Of a stretch of DNA of 64,000 nt, positions 10,913 to 19,772 are shown piece by piece. Source of the DNA: a virus; the IMG/VR virus record IMGVR_UViG_3300004807_000021, positions 10,712 to 74,711 of that record; one strand, given 5' to 3'. The position numbers and the translations under genes are program-made. Every line of letters starts with the position of its first letter. The stretch's first letter is position 1. The notes under the pieces are model-generated. The model ran no database searches. It worked only from the letters and a program-made list of their open reading frames with translations, and had not been told where the DNA came from.

Positions 10913-11278
10913 TTAACTTATACTCACGTAACTGACAACAGCATCTATACTGTTATTGGCATTAGAATTGATTAATACTGCATTGTTGCCTGCAAGAATC
11001 AATTTTTCACTGTTGGTTATTAATTTCAAACTGCTTTGTGGTGCCATCATAATATTTTTAGCAATAAATGCTTGACTGATCACATTGCTAGTATTGTTTG
11101 TACCATCCCCGTTGGCACCATAGGTGAATAATTGAACACTGATCTGTACCATAGCGTTAGTAGTATTGGCTAAGTTTAAGCCAATAACTGTGTATGATCC
11201 AACGTTGTTGGTAGACAGCACAGCAACTGGTGTTATTCCTATATTTTGAGAGATACTGTTTAAGAATTGCGTTGCCAT
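10913..11278 (-). CDS. Small beta-rich virion protein (paralog of 15403..15747)
   Basis: 121 aa. Shares the pattern ..N......P....L....EKL.L.....L.......VS with the 114-aa ORF. Confidence 0.6.
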   Translation of the reverse strand: MATQFLNSISQNIGITPVAVLSTNNVGSYTVIGLNLANTTNAMVQISVQLFTYGANGDGTNNTSNVISQAFIAKNIMMAPQSSLKLITNSEKLILAGNNAVLINSNANNSIDAVVSYVSIS

Positions 11279-11281
11279 GTT

Positions 11282-12337
11282 TTATCCAAATATTAATGCC
11301 GCTGTGATGCTTAAATTTTGTACTTGTGTCAAAGTTAATCCACCACTGGTAGTTCCTGCAGGTTGCCATGCGGCTGTTGCTGTATTGTAGTTTTCTAAAT
11401 ATTGTAAATCTGTATTGTATCTAATCATACCAGCAGTTCCAACTGGACGCTGTAGAGTTGTTCCGCTAGGAATAACAACACCATTTGTACCTTGTAGCAC
11501 TACATAGCCAGTACCTGATTCTGTAAACACAGTGTTAGAATTGGCCACTGTGTTTGTTATTGTGTTGTTATAAATTCTAAAATTACCTAGAAAAACACCA
11601 CCAGCTCCGCTAGTTGTTAGATTAATATCTGTATCTGCACTAGCAGTTGTAATTGTGTTTCCGCTTAGAACCAAATTGCCCACATTTAATGTAGTAGCGT
11701 TCAAAGTAGGCAATGTTAATGCATTACTGATGTTTAGTGTGTTGGCATACAAACTATTCCACTGTAGTGCATTGCTACCTAAGTTATAAGTGTTAGTTGC
11801 GCTGGGAATAATATCACTGTTTACTTCACCAGTAAAAGTAATAGTGTCAGTTGTTTGATTACCTAGGCTGATATTACCATCAGCTGTAATGGTGCCAGTG
11901 GCATGCAAATTACCATTAATCAGTGTATTACTATTGATAATAGTAGTACCTGTACCTGTTGGGGTTATATTAATGTTGGTATTTGTACCAGTAGCACTGA
12001 TTGTGCTTCCTGCAATGCTAAACTGACCAACTGTGATAGTTCCTTGGTAAACTACACCGTTACCATTATTTGGAACAAGATTGATTGTATTGCTTGTGCT
12101 GGCAATAGTGCTGCCAGATATAGTAAACGAAGCCAATTGGGCCTGTGTGTTTACTGTTAAATTTGTTGTTCTTGTAGTTCCGACTACTTGTAGGTCATTG
12201 GAAGGCGTTGTTGTATTAATGCCCACGCGGCTGTTTACAACATCTAGATAAAGTAAGTTCGTCTCAAAAGCTAAATTTACTCCGTTGCGAAGCAAATTAT
12301 CTTTTAAGAGCGGACCCGAAATTCGACCAACAGCCAT
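11282..12337 (-). CDS. Fibre-like virion structural protein
   Basis: 351 aa. GRISGPLL..NLLRNG N-terminus, Thr/Asn/Gly-rich beta repeats, C-terminal IPSGTT.QRP...GMIRYNT motif common in phage fibres. Confidence 0.65.
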   Translation of the reverse strand: MAVGRISGPLLKDNLLRNGVNLAFETNLLYLDVVNSRVGINTTTPSNDLQVVGTTRTTNLTVNTQAQLASFTISGSTIASTSNTINLVPNNGNGVVYQGTITVGQFSIAGSTISATGTNTNINITPTGTGTTIINSNTLINGNLHATGTITADGNISLGNQTTDTITFTGEVNSDIIPSATNTYNLGSNALQWNSLYANTLNISNALTLPTLNATTLNVGNLVLSGNTITTASADTDINLTTSGAGGVFLGNFRIYNNTITNTVANSNTVFTESGTGYVVLQGTNGVVIPSGTTLQRPVGTAGMIRYNTDLQYLENYNTATAAWQPAGTTSGGLTLTQVQNLSITAALIFG

Positions 12338-12342
12338 TTACG

Positions 12343-12457
12343 CTCCTTTGACCCCGTGTTTCACGGTTAACCACTTTTTCAGCTGGACGCTCTTAGCGGG
12401 TTTACCACTGTTTAATATCGTAGAACCTTTGGTCAAGCTCTACAGTAATAGTATTTA
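12343..12457 (-). promoter_or_regulatory. Late promoter plus structured 5' leader (candidate cis-regulatory RNA)
   Basis: TAAATA at 12452-12457. Hairpin at 12420-12443 has loop UUGACC, complementary to GGUCAA (12348-12353) abutting the AGGAG RBS. Tandem GUGGUWAACC boxes are each followed by a small hairpin. Confidence 0.6.
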
Positions 12458-12471
12458 GCTGTTTGGACTTT

Positions 12472-14373
12472 TTAGCCTAGTATTAGGCTCCAAATTGTGG
12501 TCTGGTCGCTTTCTACACTAGAGCTGGCACTGACGCCTGCAAGATTTTGCCAGCTGGTTCCATTCCATATTTCATTGGTTTGGATGGTAGTATTATAACG
12601 AGTCATTCCAAGTTGAGGGCTTGCAGGTTGCTCTGCTGTAGAGCCTGCCGGTATTTCTATAGCACCGGTACCGCTGAATACAGTATAACCAATACCAGTG
12701 TTGATAATTTCTAAAGGAAGTGCTGTAACTTCTGCGGCTATGATAACAGAATTTTCTGCAACAATAATATAAGACCCAGATTCAGCAGTAAAGTAAGGAC
12801 TGCTAAAACTTGGATTGTTGATCGTGTTGCCAGAAAATAATGCAGAACCATTGATTTTAACTTGCCCAATACCTAGGGTGGACAGATTCAAATCTGCTGT
12901 ACCATCTCCTATCTTATTGCTCGATATGCTGATATTTCCAGCAGTCAATGCAGTTGTAGTAACAGTATTCGAAGTTAGTGCAGACGATAAGTTTGCATTT
13001 TTAAGCCATACATTATTCCACTCAAGTGCGCTGGAACCAAGATTATAGCTGGCGCTTTGAGTATAAGACGCACCTGGATTAGTGAATAAGCCAATGCTAG
13101 TTTGAGTTGTTAGTGCATTGCCCAGTTGATCGGTTATTGCTACAGTTACCGGTGTAATTGTAGTTGTTCCTGCTAAGGGAATAATGTCACTGGCTACTTC
13201 TGCTGGAATCGAAATCCTGTCGGTAACTGCATCGCCCAACTGAATATTTCCATCAAAGGTAATGTCACCGGTAGCATGGAGAGCACCATTTACTAGAGTA
13301 TTTGAATTAATCTGAGTAATACCGCCAGTAGTTCCTTGTAGTATAGTTGAAACACTGTCTAAATAAAATATAGCGTTGTCATTTCTCAAACTAAAAGTCA
13401 GTACATCTGATCCAGAAGCTGTGACAGTAAATGAATATTTGGTATATTCCCAATAGCTAGATGCCGGTGAGCTGTAGGGTAAGCTGGGCCCAGTTCCAAC
13501 AGGGCTTCCACCTGTTAATGCAACACCATTCCATAAAACTGAAAAATCTGCTTGTCCAGAATTTGTTGCTGGAACTACTGAAAGGATGTTATTTGCATCT
13601 TCAGTGGTCATTATTGAACTGCTATCTTCTGTAGTTAAAAACAGATTAATGGTGTTTTTTAGAGCAAAAGTTATTATATAGGTCTGACCAACAGCCGTTG
13701 CAAGTGTCTGCGATACTGTAGATTTTGTTATGTAAGAACTTGCAGATAATGCATAGTTGCCTGTAGCGGCATTTGTGCTATCTGCTATCGTAATAGTTGA
13801 AACAGATCCTAGTACAGTCCAGCCAGACAATGTTCCAGTTTCAAAATCTCCATTTGTTACATAATTTGGATTCTGAAACGGTGTAATGTTTATATTAGCA
13901 TTGGCTGTGCCTGTTATGGTATTGGTTGCAAAATTTAAGTTGGCAGTATTAAGTCCGCCGTTAACAGCTATCGTTGGATTACTAGACTGATTAGGATATA
14001 GAGTAATCGGAAGATTATAAGTGTTAAAAATTTGATTGGTAGTTATTTGAAATCCAACACCCAGATCTGCTTCTGTATCTACAATAAGATTATCTGTTGT
14101 GGCAGAGCCGCCCATGTCAAGCGCACGAACTGGTGTGCTATTTTTAATACCAACAAATCCACTGTTAACACTTAGATACAGTAAATCAGTTTCAAAAGAT
14201 AAATCGTGTCCGTTACGTAGTAAATTAGCTGACAACAAAGGTCCGCTGATTCTTCCAAACTCACGACCAGCTTGGCCAAAGGGGTTATTTTGCGGCAAGA
14301 CTGCCGCAGGAGAGACTGCTTGTGGTAGACTTACGCTTTTTGCGCTTATCTTTGGAGATATTTTATGGGCCAT
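12472..14373 (-). CDS. Fibre-like virion protein with inserted carbohydrate-binding-like module (paralog of 11282..12337)
   Basis: 633 aa. Same GRISGPLL/NLLRNG/FET.LLYL head and IP.G....P.....GM.RYNT tail, plus an internal NGDFETGTLSGWT...SQTL...LTF.LRND jelly-roll-like insert. Confidence 0.65.
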   Translation of the reverse strand: MAHKISPKISAKSVSLPQAVSPAAVLPQNNPFGQAGREFGRISGPLLSANLLRNGHDLSFETDLLYLSVNSGFVGIKNSTPVRALDMGGSATTDNLIVDTEADLGVGFQITTNQIFNTYNLPITLYPNQSSNPTIAVNGGLNTANLNFATNTITGTANANINITPFQNPNYVTNGDFETGTLSGWTVLGSVSTITIADSTNAATGNYALSASSYITKSTVSQTLATAVGQTYIITFALKNTINLFLTTEDSSSIMTTEDANNILSVVPATNSGQADFSVLWNGVALTGGSPVGTGPSLPYSSPASSYWEYTKYSFTVTASGSDVLTFSLRNDNAIFYLDSVSTILQGTTGGITQINSNTLVNGALHATGDITFDGNIQLGDAVTDRISIPAEVASDIIPLAGTTTITPVTVAITDQLGNALTTQTSIGLFTNPGASYTQSASYNLGSSALEWNNVWLKNANLSSALTSNTVTTTALTAGNISISSNKIGDGTADLNLSTLGIGQVKINGSALFSGNTINNPSFSSPYFTAESGSYIIVAENSVIIAAEVTALPLEIINTGIGYTVFSGTGAIEIPAGSTAEQPASPQLGMTRYNTTIQTNEIWNGTSWQNLAGVSASSSVESDQTTIWSLILG

Positions 14374-14383
14374 AATTGACCTC

Positions 14384-15403
14384 TTATTGATCGAATCCGA
14401 TCAAGACCGTAACAACTTTTCCTATTGGTACAGGAGTTGTAAATTGTAAGTAGTATTCACCAGTGGCTACAGTTCTAGTAGACTCTACTAGAGTTAGTCC
14501 GGTATTTGTGGCTATTGTTGCGTTTGTTGTTTTGTTAAGAGTAATACTAGTTAACGCATCTGTTACAGAATCTATAGTATAGCTAGATACCGTAGTAGCT
14601 GATTGTATACCAGTTCCTGATACTGTTGATCCTACTAGATTAATAGTTGGGAATGTTGCAGTTTTACTAGTAATATTACCAGGAAAAGTCATAGTTGTGT
14701 TAAATGTACTATTATAAGTTACAGAGTTGGTAGTACAAGAAACAACAGTATAATTGCCATTGTAGCCTTGAGGAATAAATCCAGTCACTACAATAATTGA
14801 ACCTACTGCAAAAGGTGCGGCACTTTGAGTAGGAAATGTTAAAGTCACTAGTGAACCACTGCCGCTTGCACCAGTTGCTGTTAAACTGCTGTTCAAATAA
14901 AGCACGTTTGATCCGCTCGAAGTTGCTATACTGGTTGTAACAGTATAGGTTTCACTAGAAAATGTTGGATTTTGAACAACTGTATAGTTGATATTGTTTA
15001 ACTGAATAACGTTTTCAACTACAACAATTAAATTTTGTCCGCCCCATGTACTGTTGCTGGATACTATACTAGGTGGGCGAGGGCTTAATGGTCCAAAGAT
15101 TGTATTAACATCATCGCCAGCACCGAGATTTTGTTGTGTTATTCCAGTTGACTCTTTGAATCTCAAACTTCTCCAAGCATTGTTTTGATAAATTTCTACT
15201 TCGCCGCCTGTATCAACATCTGTATTGTAACGCATCATACCATTAATTGGACTGCTAGGACGTTGTGCGCTAGTTCCAGAAGGTAACACTACACTACCTA
15301 GATTGACTGGACTTAAAATCACATTCGTGTCAGTATAATCCACATACACACTGGTGTGATTAGCTGTTCTACGATTTAAGTTTTGTTGTTTTAAGTATCT
15401 CAT
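14384..15403 (-). CDS. Virion structural protein
   Basis: 339 aa. LPSGTSAQRP...GMMRYNT motif and a beta module shared with two fibre genes. Confidence 0.6.
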   Translation of the reverse strand: MRYLKQQNLNRRTANHTSVYVDYTDTNVILSPVNLGSVVLPSGTSAQRPSSPINGMMRYNTDVDTGGEVEIYQNNAWRSLRFKESTGITQQNLGAGDDVNTIFGPLSPRPPSIVSSNSTWGGQNLIVVVENVIQLNNINYTVVQNPTFSSETYTVTTSIATSSGSNVLYLNSSLTATGASGSGSLVTLTFPTQSAAPFAVGSIIVVTGFIPQGYNGNYTVVSCTTNSVTYNSTFNTTMTFPGNITSKTATFPTINLVGSTVSGTGIQSATTVSSYTIDSVTDALTSITLNKTTNATIATNTGLTLVESTRTVATGEYYLQFTTPVPIGKVVTVLIGFDQ

Positions 15404-15747
15404 TATACGGCCAAAGTGCTCACTGTCACTGTTAAAATATTTGCCACACTGGCTTTTGCCACTAGCAGATCATTGTTGCCTAATACTAATTTTTCTTGAT
15501 CTAAACTTACAGTTTCTGTTGGCGGAATAGTAATAGCGTTAATAATCATATTATTAACACCAGCCGTTCCTTGAGATCCTCCTGCATTTGGTACTGCATA
15601 TAAAGTAAATGTTGCAGACGTGCTTGAACTAGTATTACAAATCATTATAGTTGTAATGGCATTTCCCAGCACTGGAGAAACTGCTGTGCTAGTAAACACT
15701 GTAGTGTTTGTATTTGCTGTTGAAATTAAAGTCGATGTTAGTGCCAT
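15403..15747 (-). CDS. Small beta-rich virion protein
   Basis: 114 aa, AGGA RBS, stop overlaps the next start; paralog of 10913..11278. Confidence 0.6.
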   Translation of the reverse strand: MALTSTLISTANTNTTVFTSTAVSPVLGNAITTIMICNTSSSTSATFTLYAVPNAGGSQGTAGVNNMIINAITIPPTETVSLDQEKLVLGNNDLLVAKASVANILTVTVSTLAV

Positions 15748-15756
15748 TGCTATTCC

Positions 15757-16743
15757 TTATAATAAAATACTTAGTGCTACAGCTCGACTTCTGCTGACTA
15801 ATTCGTCTGGAGTTTGTGACGCATTGTTATTGTTAAAAAACAATCCTGTTTTTCCTGGTCCAGGAGTGGCTTTAGAATATAAATTAGTAGTACCTGCAAC
15901 TATGCTTGGGTCTGCTCCTTGATCGTTTAATGTAAGAACACCGTTCAATTCTATTTTTCCAGTATTGGCTTGTAGAACTAAATTGTTGCTGTTACTTCCA
16001 GTATTACTAATGCTGTTTTGATATACAGTAATATTGCCCATGGTAAAACCACCGCTGGCCAATGTTGCCTGTGTAATACCGCCCAATTGAAAAACAATAC
16101 TAGAAGCAAATGCCTGTACACTTGCAGTTGCATCAACTAGTGGTGTTACTGTAGGATACCATAATGCACTAACTGCAATAGTTCCTGCGGCATTTTGTAC
16201 ATACTGTTGTACATATTTTCTGTTAGGAATATCATTATCGTTAAGCACACGAGCTTCATAACTGCCGCCGTTGGCTATTCTAAGTACATAGGGATTATTT
16301 TGAAAATCAAAAACAAAGTTGCTGGTACTTGGAGTTACCAATGTAGCTAATTGTAATCCAGATGGAATTCCATCTGCGGTCTTAGCTGTAAACGTACCTG
16401 CTAGATTTGTGCTAGTGCTTGGATTGTAGTGACTGACATTTTCGTCGAATAAAAATGTTGCTGTGCTACGACTTCCTCGCCAAATAGATAATCCAGCTTG
16501 TCCATTAATTGGACTTGCTGTGGGAATACCATCACCGTTGTAAACATTATTAGGATCGTAATTGATCTGTATAAGATTGTCTTGTATAATTGCTGTAGTG
16601 CTTTCAATATTAGTTTGAGCACCCATTACATCAAGATTGCCCGTGATGGTCACTGTACCAGTAGTACCTGGATCGAGAATAATGTTCCCGCCAGACAATA
16701 CTCTGATTCGATAATCACCACTGAGGTTTAAGACTCTTGACAT
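15757..16743 (-). CDS. Fibre-like virion structural protein
   Basis: 328 aa. VTITGNLDVMG..T.IEST...I.DN.I.IN motif typical of phage fibre shafts; hydrophobic C-terminus AVALSILL. Confidence 0.6.
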   Translation of the reverse strand: MSRVLNLSGDYRIRVLSGGNIILDPGTTGTVTITGNLDVMGAQTNIESTTAIIQDNLIQINYDPNNVYNGDGIPTASPINGQAGLSIWRGSRSTATFLFDENVSHYNPSTSTNLAGTFTAKTADGIPSGLQLATLVTPSTSNFVFDFQNNPYVLRIANGGSYEARVLNDNDIPNRKYVQQYVQNAAGTIAVSALWYPTVTPLVDATASVQAFASSIVFQLGGITQATLASGGFTMGNITVYQNSISNTGSNSNNLVLQANTGKIELNGVLTLNDQGADPSIVAGTTNLYSKATPGPGKTGLFFNNNNASQTPDELVSRSRAVALSILL

Positions 16744-16757
16744 TGTGTATCCTTAAG

Positions 16758-16775
16758 TAGGAGCCGAAGCCCCTA
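16758..16775 (-). other. UUCG-capped RNA hairpin (mRNA stabiliser or weak terminator)
   Basis: Minus strand UAGGGGC-UUCG-GCUCCUA just after the 589-aa gene stop; no U-tract follows. Confidence 0.6.
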
Positions 16776-16782
16776 TTGGTTA

Positions 16783-18552
16783 TTAAGCGTTGTCGATCTT
16801 AACAGAAACGTTGGCTGTTGGTGCACCAAATGTCCAGTTAACTGTTGATCCATCTGTAAACTGTGTACCTGTATTACGAGTTACACGGCAACGACGATTA
16901 GTAATCTTAGTTACCCAATATGTACCACCAGCGGAATCAGTAGCGTTGATAGCCATTGTTCCACCAACTGTTGGGAAAGTGTTAACTAATTTAGCGTAGA
17001 ATACACCGTCAGAACTTTCAACACGGAAACGTTGTGTGTTTTCTTGTTTGATAATGTCTGTATCTTGACGAACAACACCGCCTGTTGTAATTAATGACTG
17101 TGCTTGGATAGCGGCATAGTTACCAGTATAACCAGTTGTTACCTGTGCGGCAAATGTCATTGTTGCAACTGCGACACCTGAACCAAATGTGATTGCTGTG
17201 TTACCACTTACTACTGTAGTAATTGTCAAACTTGATGCTGAAGTTACCACTGCGGCACTACCACCTACTGAGCTACTTAGAACAATTTCAGTTGATCCGT
17301 TAACTGCAATAATGTAGTATGTACCAGCCGTCAAGCTACCGCCTGAACCAGTTGTAACAACCTTCATACCTGGAACTAATTGGTCTGTGGAACTTACTGT
17401 TTCTTTGTACAATACAATTGATAAACCAGTTACTGCACCTGCGGCACCACCTGATAGTGCTGTACCGTCAAGTTTTGTCAATGTTAAAGTACTTGTACCA
17501 TTAGTAGCACTGACCAAATAACTGTTGCCAGATGCAAAGCCGCTGTCGATGAATGCTGTGTTGCCGCCTGGTGTGCCAGTAAACGAAACAACTTGACCAA
17601 CATAGAATGTATTAGCAGATTGTGCTGTACCCAATGTGATTGAGTTGAAAGGTGTAGCACCAACTGTGATTGTACCATAAGTACCACTAGCAATAGTTGT
17701 TGCAGTTGTAGCACTAATACCAGGAGTTACTGGAACTGTGTTGATATAGCCGTTACCAGCATTAGAATATGACACACCATTAACACCAAATGTTGCTGGG
17801 GCGATTGTCAAACCAGAACCAAATGCGGCTGTAGTTGCTTGAGCGGCAGCTAGACCAGATGTAACACCTGACTGAGCGTATGTACCGCCCGATACTACTG
17901 CTACAGAAGCTACTGATGCATAAGTTGTACCAATTGTTAGTGTTAGAGTACCTGTTGGTGTACCACCAGCAATACTAATTGCGGCGCCACCGTAAGATGC
18001 ACTTAGAGTCACTGTTGAACTTGATGTTACACTTGTTGTAATGTAATATGTTGAGCCAGCTGTTAGACCAGTTGAGCCAGTCAAACCAGCGTTAAATATA
18101 ACGCTTGTTCCAGCCAAAGCTGTAATTGTACCACCAGATAATGTCATTACACCGCCCGATGTAATACTAGCAATGCTAAAACCACTGTAAGTTGTTAGTG
18201 TTGGAGTATATGTGCTTGTAACACCACCATACGTAACCGAAATGCTACCAGCTGTTGGGGCATAAGCTGTTGTTTGTGAACCAACTGCGTTAGTTGTACC
18301 AGTTAAAATAGTAAATGTTGGTGTACCAACTGCTGTTACAGCACCTTCGCCAGATAGTGCTGGCTTTGGAAATGTTGTTGTTAGAGCGGCAGCCTGCGAT
18401 TGAGTATAAGAACCAGCTGTTGTAACGTTTGCGTTAAGAGCTTTTAGACCACCTAAGTCGTAGTCTGTTGGCAACAAGTTTGTGTTACCAAATGTGCCTG
18501 CGGCACCTGTATTACGTTTACCAATATATTTTTTATTTAAGGGACGTCCCAT
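16783..18552 (-). CDS. Virion structural protein, candidate capsid decoration/head fibre
   Basis: 589 aa, rich in Thr/Gly/Ser/Ala. Has its own late promoter, strong AGGAG RBS and a 3' hairpin, and lies just downstream of the capsid gene. Role inferred. Confidence 0.55.
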   Translation of the reverse strand: MGRPLNKKYIGKRNTGAAGTFGNTNLLPTDYDLGGLKALNANVTTAGSYTQSQAAALTTTFPKPALSGEGAVTAVGTPTFTILTGTTNAVGSQTTAYAPTAGSISVTYGGVTSTYTPTLTTYSGFSIASITSGGVMTLSGGTITALAGTSVIFNAGLTGSTGLTAGSTYYITTSVTSSSTVTLSASYGGAAISIAGGTPTGTLTLTIGTTYASVASVAVVSGGTYAQSGVTSGLAAAQATTAAFGSGLTIAPATFGVNGVSYSNAGNGYINTVPVTPGISATTATTIASGTYGTITVGATPFNSITLGTAQSANTFYVGQVVSFTGTPGGNTAFIDSGFASGNSYLVSATNGTSTLTLTKLDGTALSGGAAGAVTGLSIVLYKETVSSTDQLVPGMKVVTTGSGGSLTAGTYYIIAVNGSTEIVLSSSVGGSAAVVTSASSLTITTVVSGNTAITFGSGVAVATMTFAAQVTTGYTGNYAAIQAQSLITTGGVVRQDTDIIKQENTQRFRVESSDGVFYAKLVNTFPTVGGTMAINATDSAGGTYWVTKITNRRCRVTRNTGTQFTDGSTVNWTFGAPTANVSVKIDNA

Positions 18553-18559
18553 TTTGTTT

Positions 18560-18645
18560 TCTCCTGTAGAAAAACGGCGTTCTAGGCCGTACGCAGTTGG
18601 ATTTCTGCATAAAACTCACCCCATGTGAGTCGTACATTGTATTTA
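18560..18645 (-). promoter_or_regulatory. Late promoter plus three-hairpin 5' leader
   Basis: TAAATA at 18640-18645, then ACUCAC/GUGAGU, UAUGCAG/CUGCGUA and ACGGC/GCCGU stems before the AGGAG RBS. Confidence 0.6.
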
Positions 18646-19698
18646 TGCGTAGGTGATTCTTAAGCCTGCTTGATGTATATAAGCAAAATCGCTATGAGGA
18701 AGTACTTGATTACTTCTAAAACTTAACACTACGCCAAACGTTGAATTGGTAATTTGATCTTCGGCTAGACCTAAAAAAGTAGGAATATTTGTAATTATTC
18801 TCACGTTTCCTATGTAAACATAACTAGGATCTTCACGTAGTCCAAAAGTCAATGTTGTAGTGGTATCAGTTGTAGTTACGTGAAATTCATGATATTGCCA
18901 AGTATTAAGTAATACATTATTTTCGTCCAATAAAACTTGATTGCCCTGTATGTTGGTCATTGTGACCTTGAGTTCTTCTGGAGCATTGAAATTATAACTG
19001 TAAAAACTAACAACTAAATTGTCTCCAAAATTACAACTGACTGTTTGGCTTATGAGTCCCAATTGACTCACTCGGCCTCCTCCAATTACATATTGTGCGC
19101 TGAGAGTTGGTACCCCTGACAACGCCGAAACAAGATCTATATTAATTCCGGCACTGATACCAAGAGTCCACCCGGTGAAATCTCCTGTACCAAAATCTCC
19201 GTTTGTTAATAATTCTGTTGGAGTAAATGTGGTTAAGGGTGCATCTAAACCCCATACATCTGAACCGCTTCCATATATATGATAATCACCAACTGGTTGT
19301 GGAAGGTCTATAGCATTACCGGTATAGATATCTGTTTGAGCTGGATTAACTGTGGATGCTTTGTTATTGCCTATTAGGGATCCACTATAGGTAAGTTGTA
19401 TAATCAAATCTTCAATTCTAGCATTTCGTTGCATGTCCAGTATCAGCTCTATGCCTAAAATTTTCTTACCTGTACTGGGTATATTATAACCAGTACACCA
19501 CAATTGGCTTGTGTTAGATAGATATTTTTCCATCCATATGCCTGATATAGTATATAATGGTTTGTTGCTTACCGCATAAACATTAGGTACTAATGCTGTT
19601 GGATTGAATTTCCAATCTATACTAGGTATGTTGGTTATTGCATTAAGTATATTAACATTGGCCAACTGCGTGGGATTGTAAACAATAGAAGTAGTCAT
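18643..19698 (-). CDS. Structural protein with inserted carbohydrate-binding-like module
   Basis: The ORF-track start at 19725 lies inside the capsid terminator; ATG 19698 (MTTSIVY) follows TAAATA. Contains an NGDFGTGDFTGWT...SQTV...LTFGLRED insert. Confidence 0.6.
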   Translation of the reverse strand: MTTSIVYNPTQLANVNILNAITNIPSIDWKFNPTALVPNVYAVSNKPLYTISGIWMEKYLSNTSQLWCTGYNIPSTGKKILGIELILDMQRNARIEDLIIQLTYSGSLIGNNKASTVNPAQTDIYTGNAIDLPQPVGDYHIYGSGSDVWGLDAPLTTFTPTELLTNGDFGTGDFTGWTLGISAGINIDLVSALSGVPTLSAQYVIGGGRVSQLGLISQTVSCNFGDNLVVSFYSYNFNAPEELKVTMTNIQGNQVLLDENNVLLNTWQYHEFHVTTTDTTTTLTFGLREDPSYVYIGNVRIITNIPTFLGLAEDQITNSTFGVVLSFRSNQVLPHSDFAYIHQAGLRITYA

Positions 19699-19711
19699 AT
19701 TATATTTACCC

Positions 19712-19744
19712 AAACAAAAAGGCATCCGAAGATGCCCTTTGTTT
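19712..19744 (-). terminator. Rho-independent terminator after the major capsid gene
   Basis: Minus strand GGCAUC-UUCG-GAUGCC followed by UUUUUGUUU. Confidence 0.85.
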
Positions 19745-19772
19745 TATTACAATAATCGCTAGGATTATCAGA

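Noticed and set aside
19699-19725. ORF-track N-terminal extension MPFCLGKYN
   Set aside because: It overlaps the capsid terminator and the TAAATA promoter; ATG 19698 is the more plausible start.
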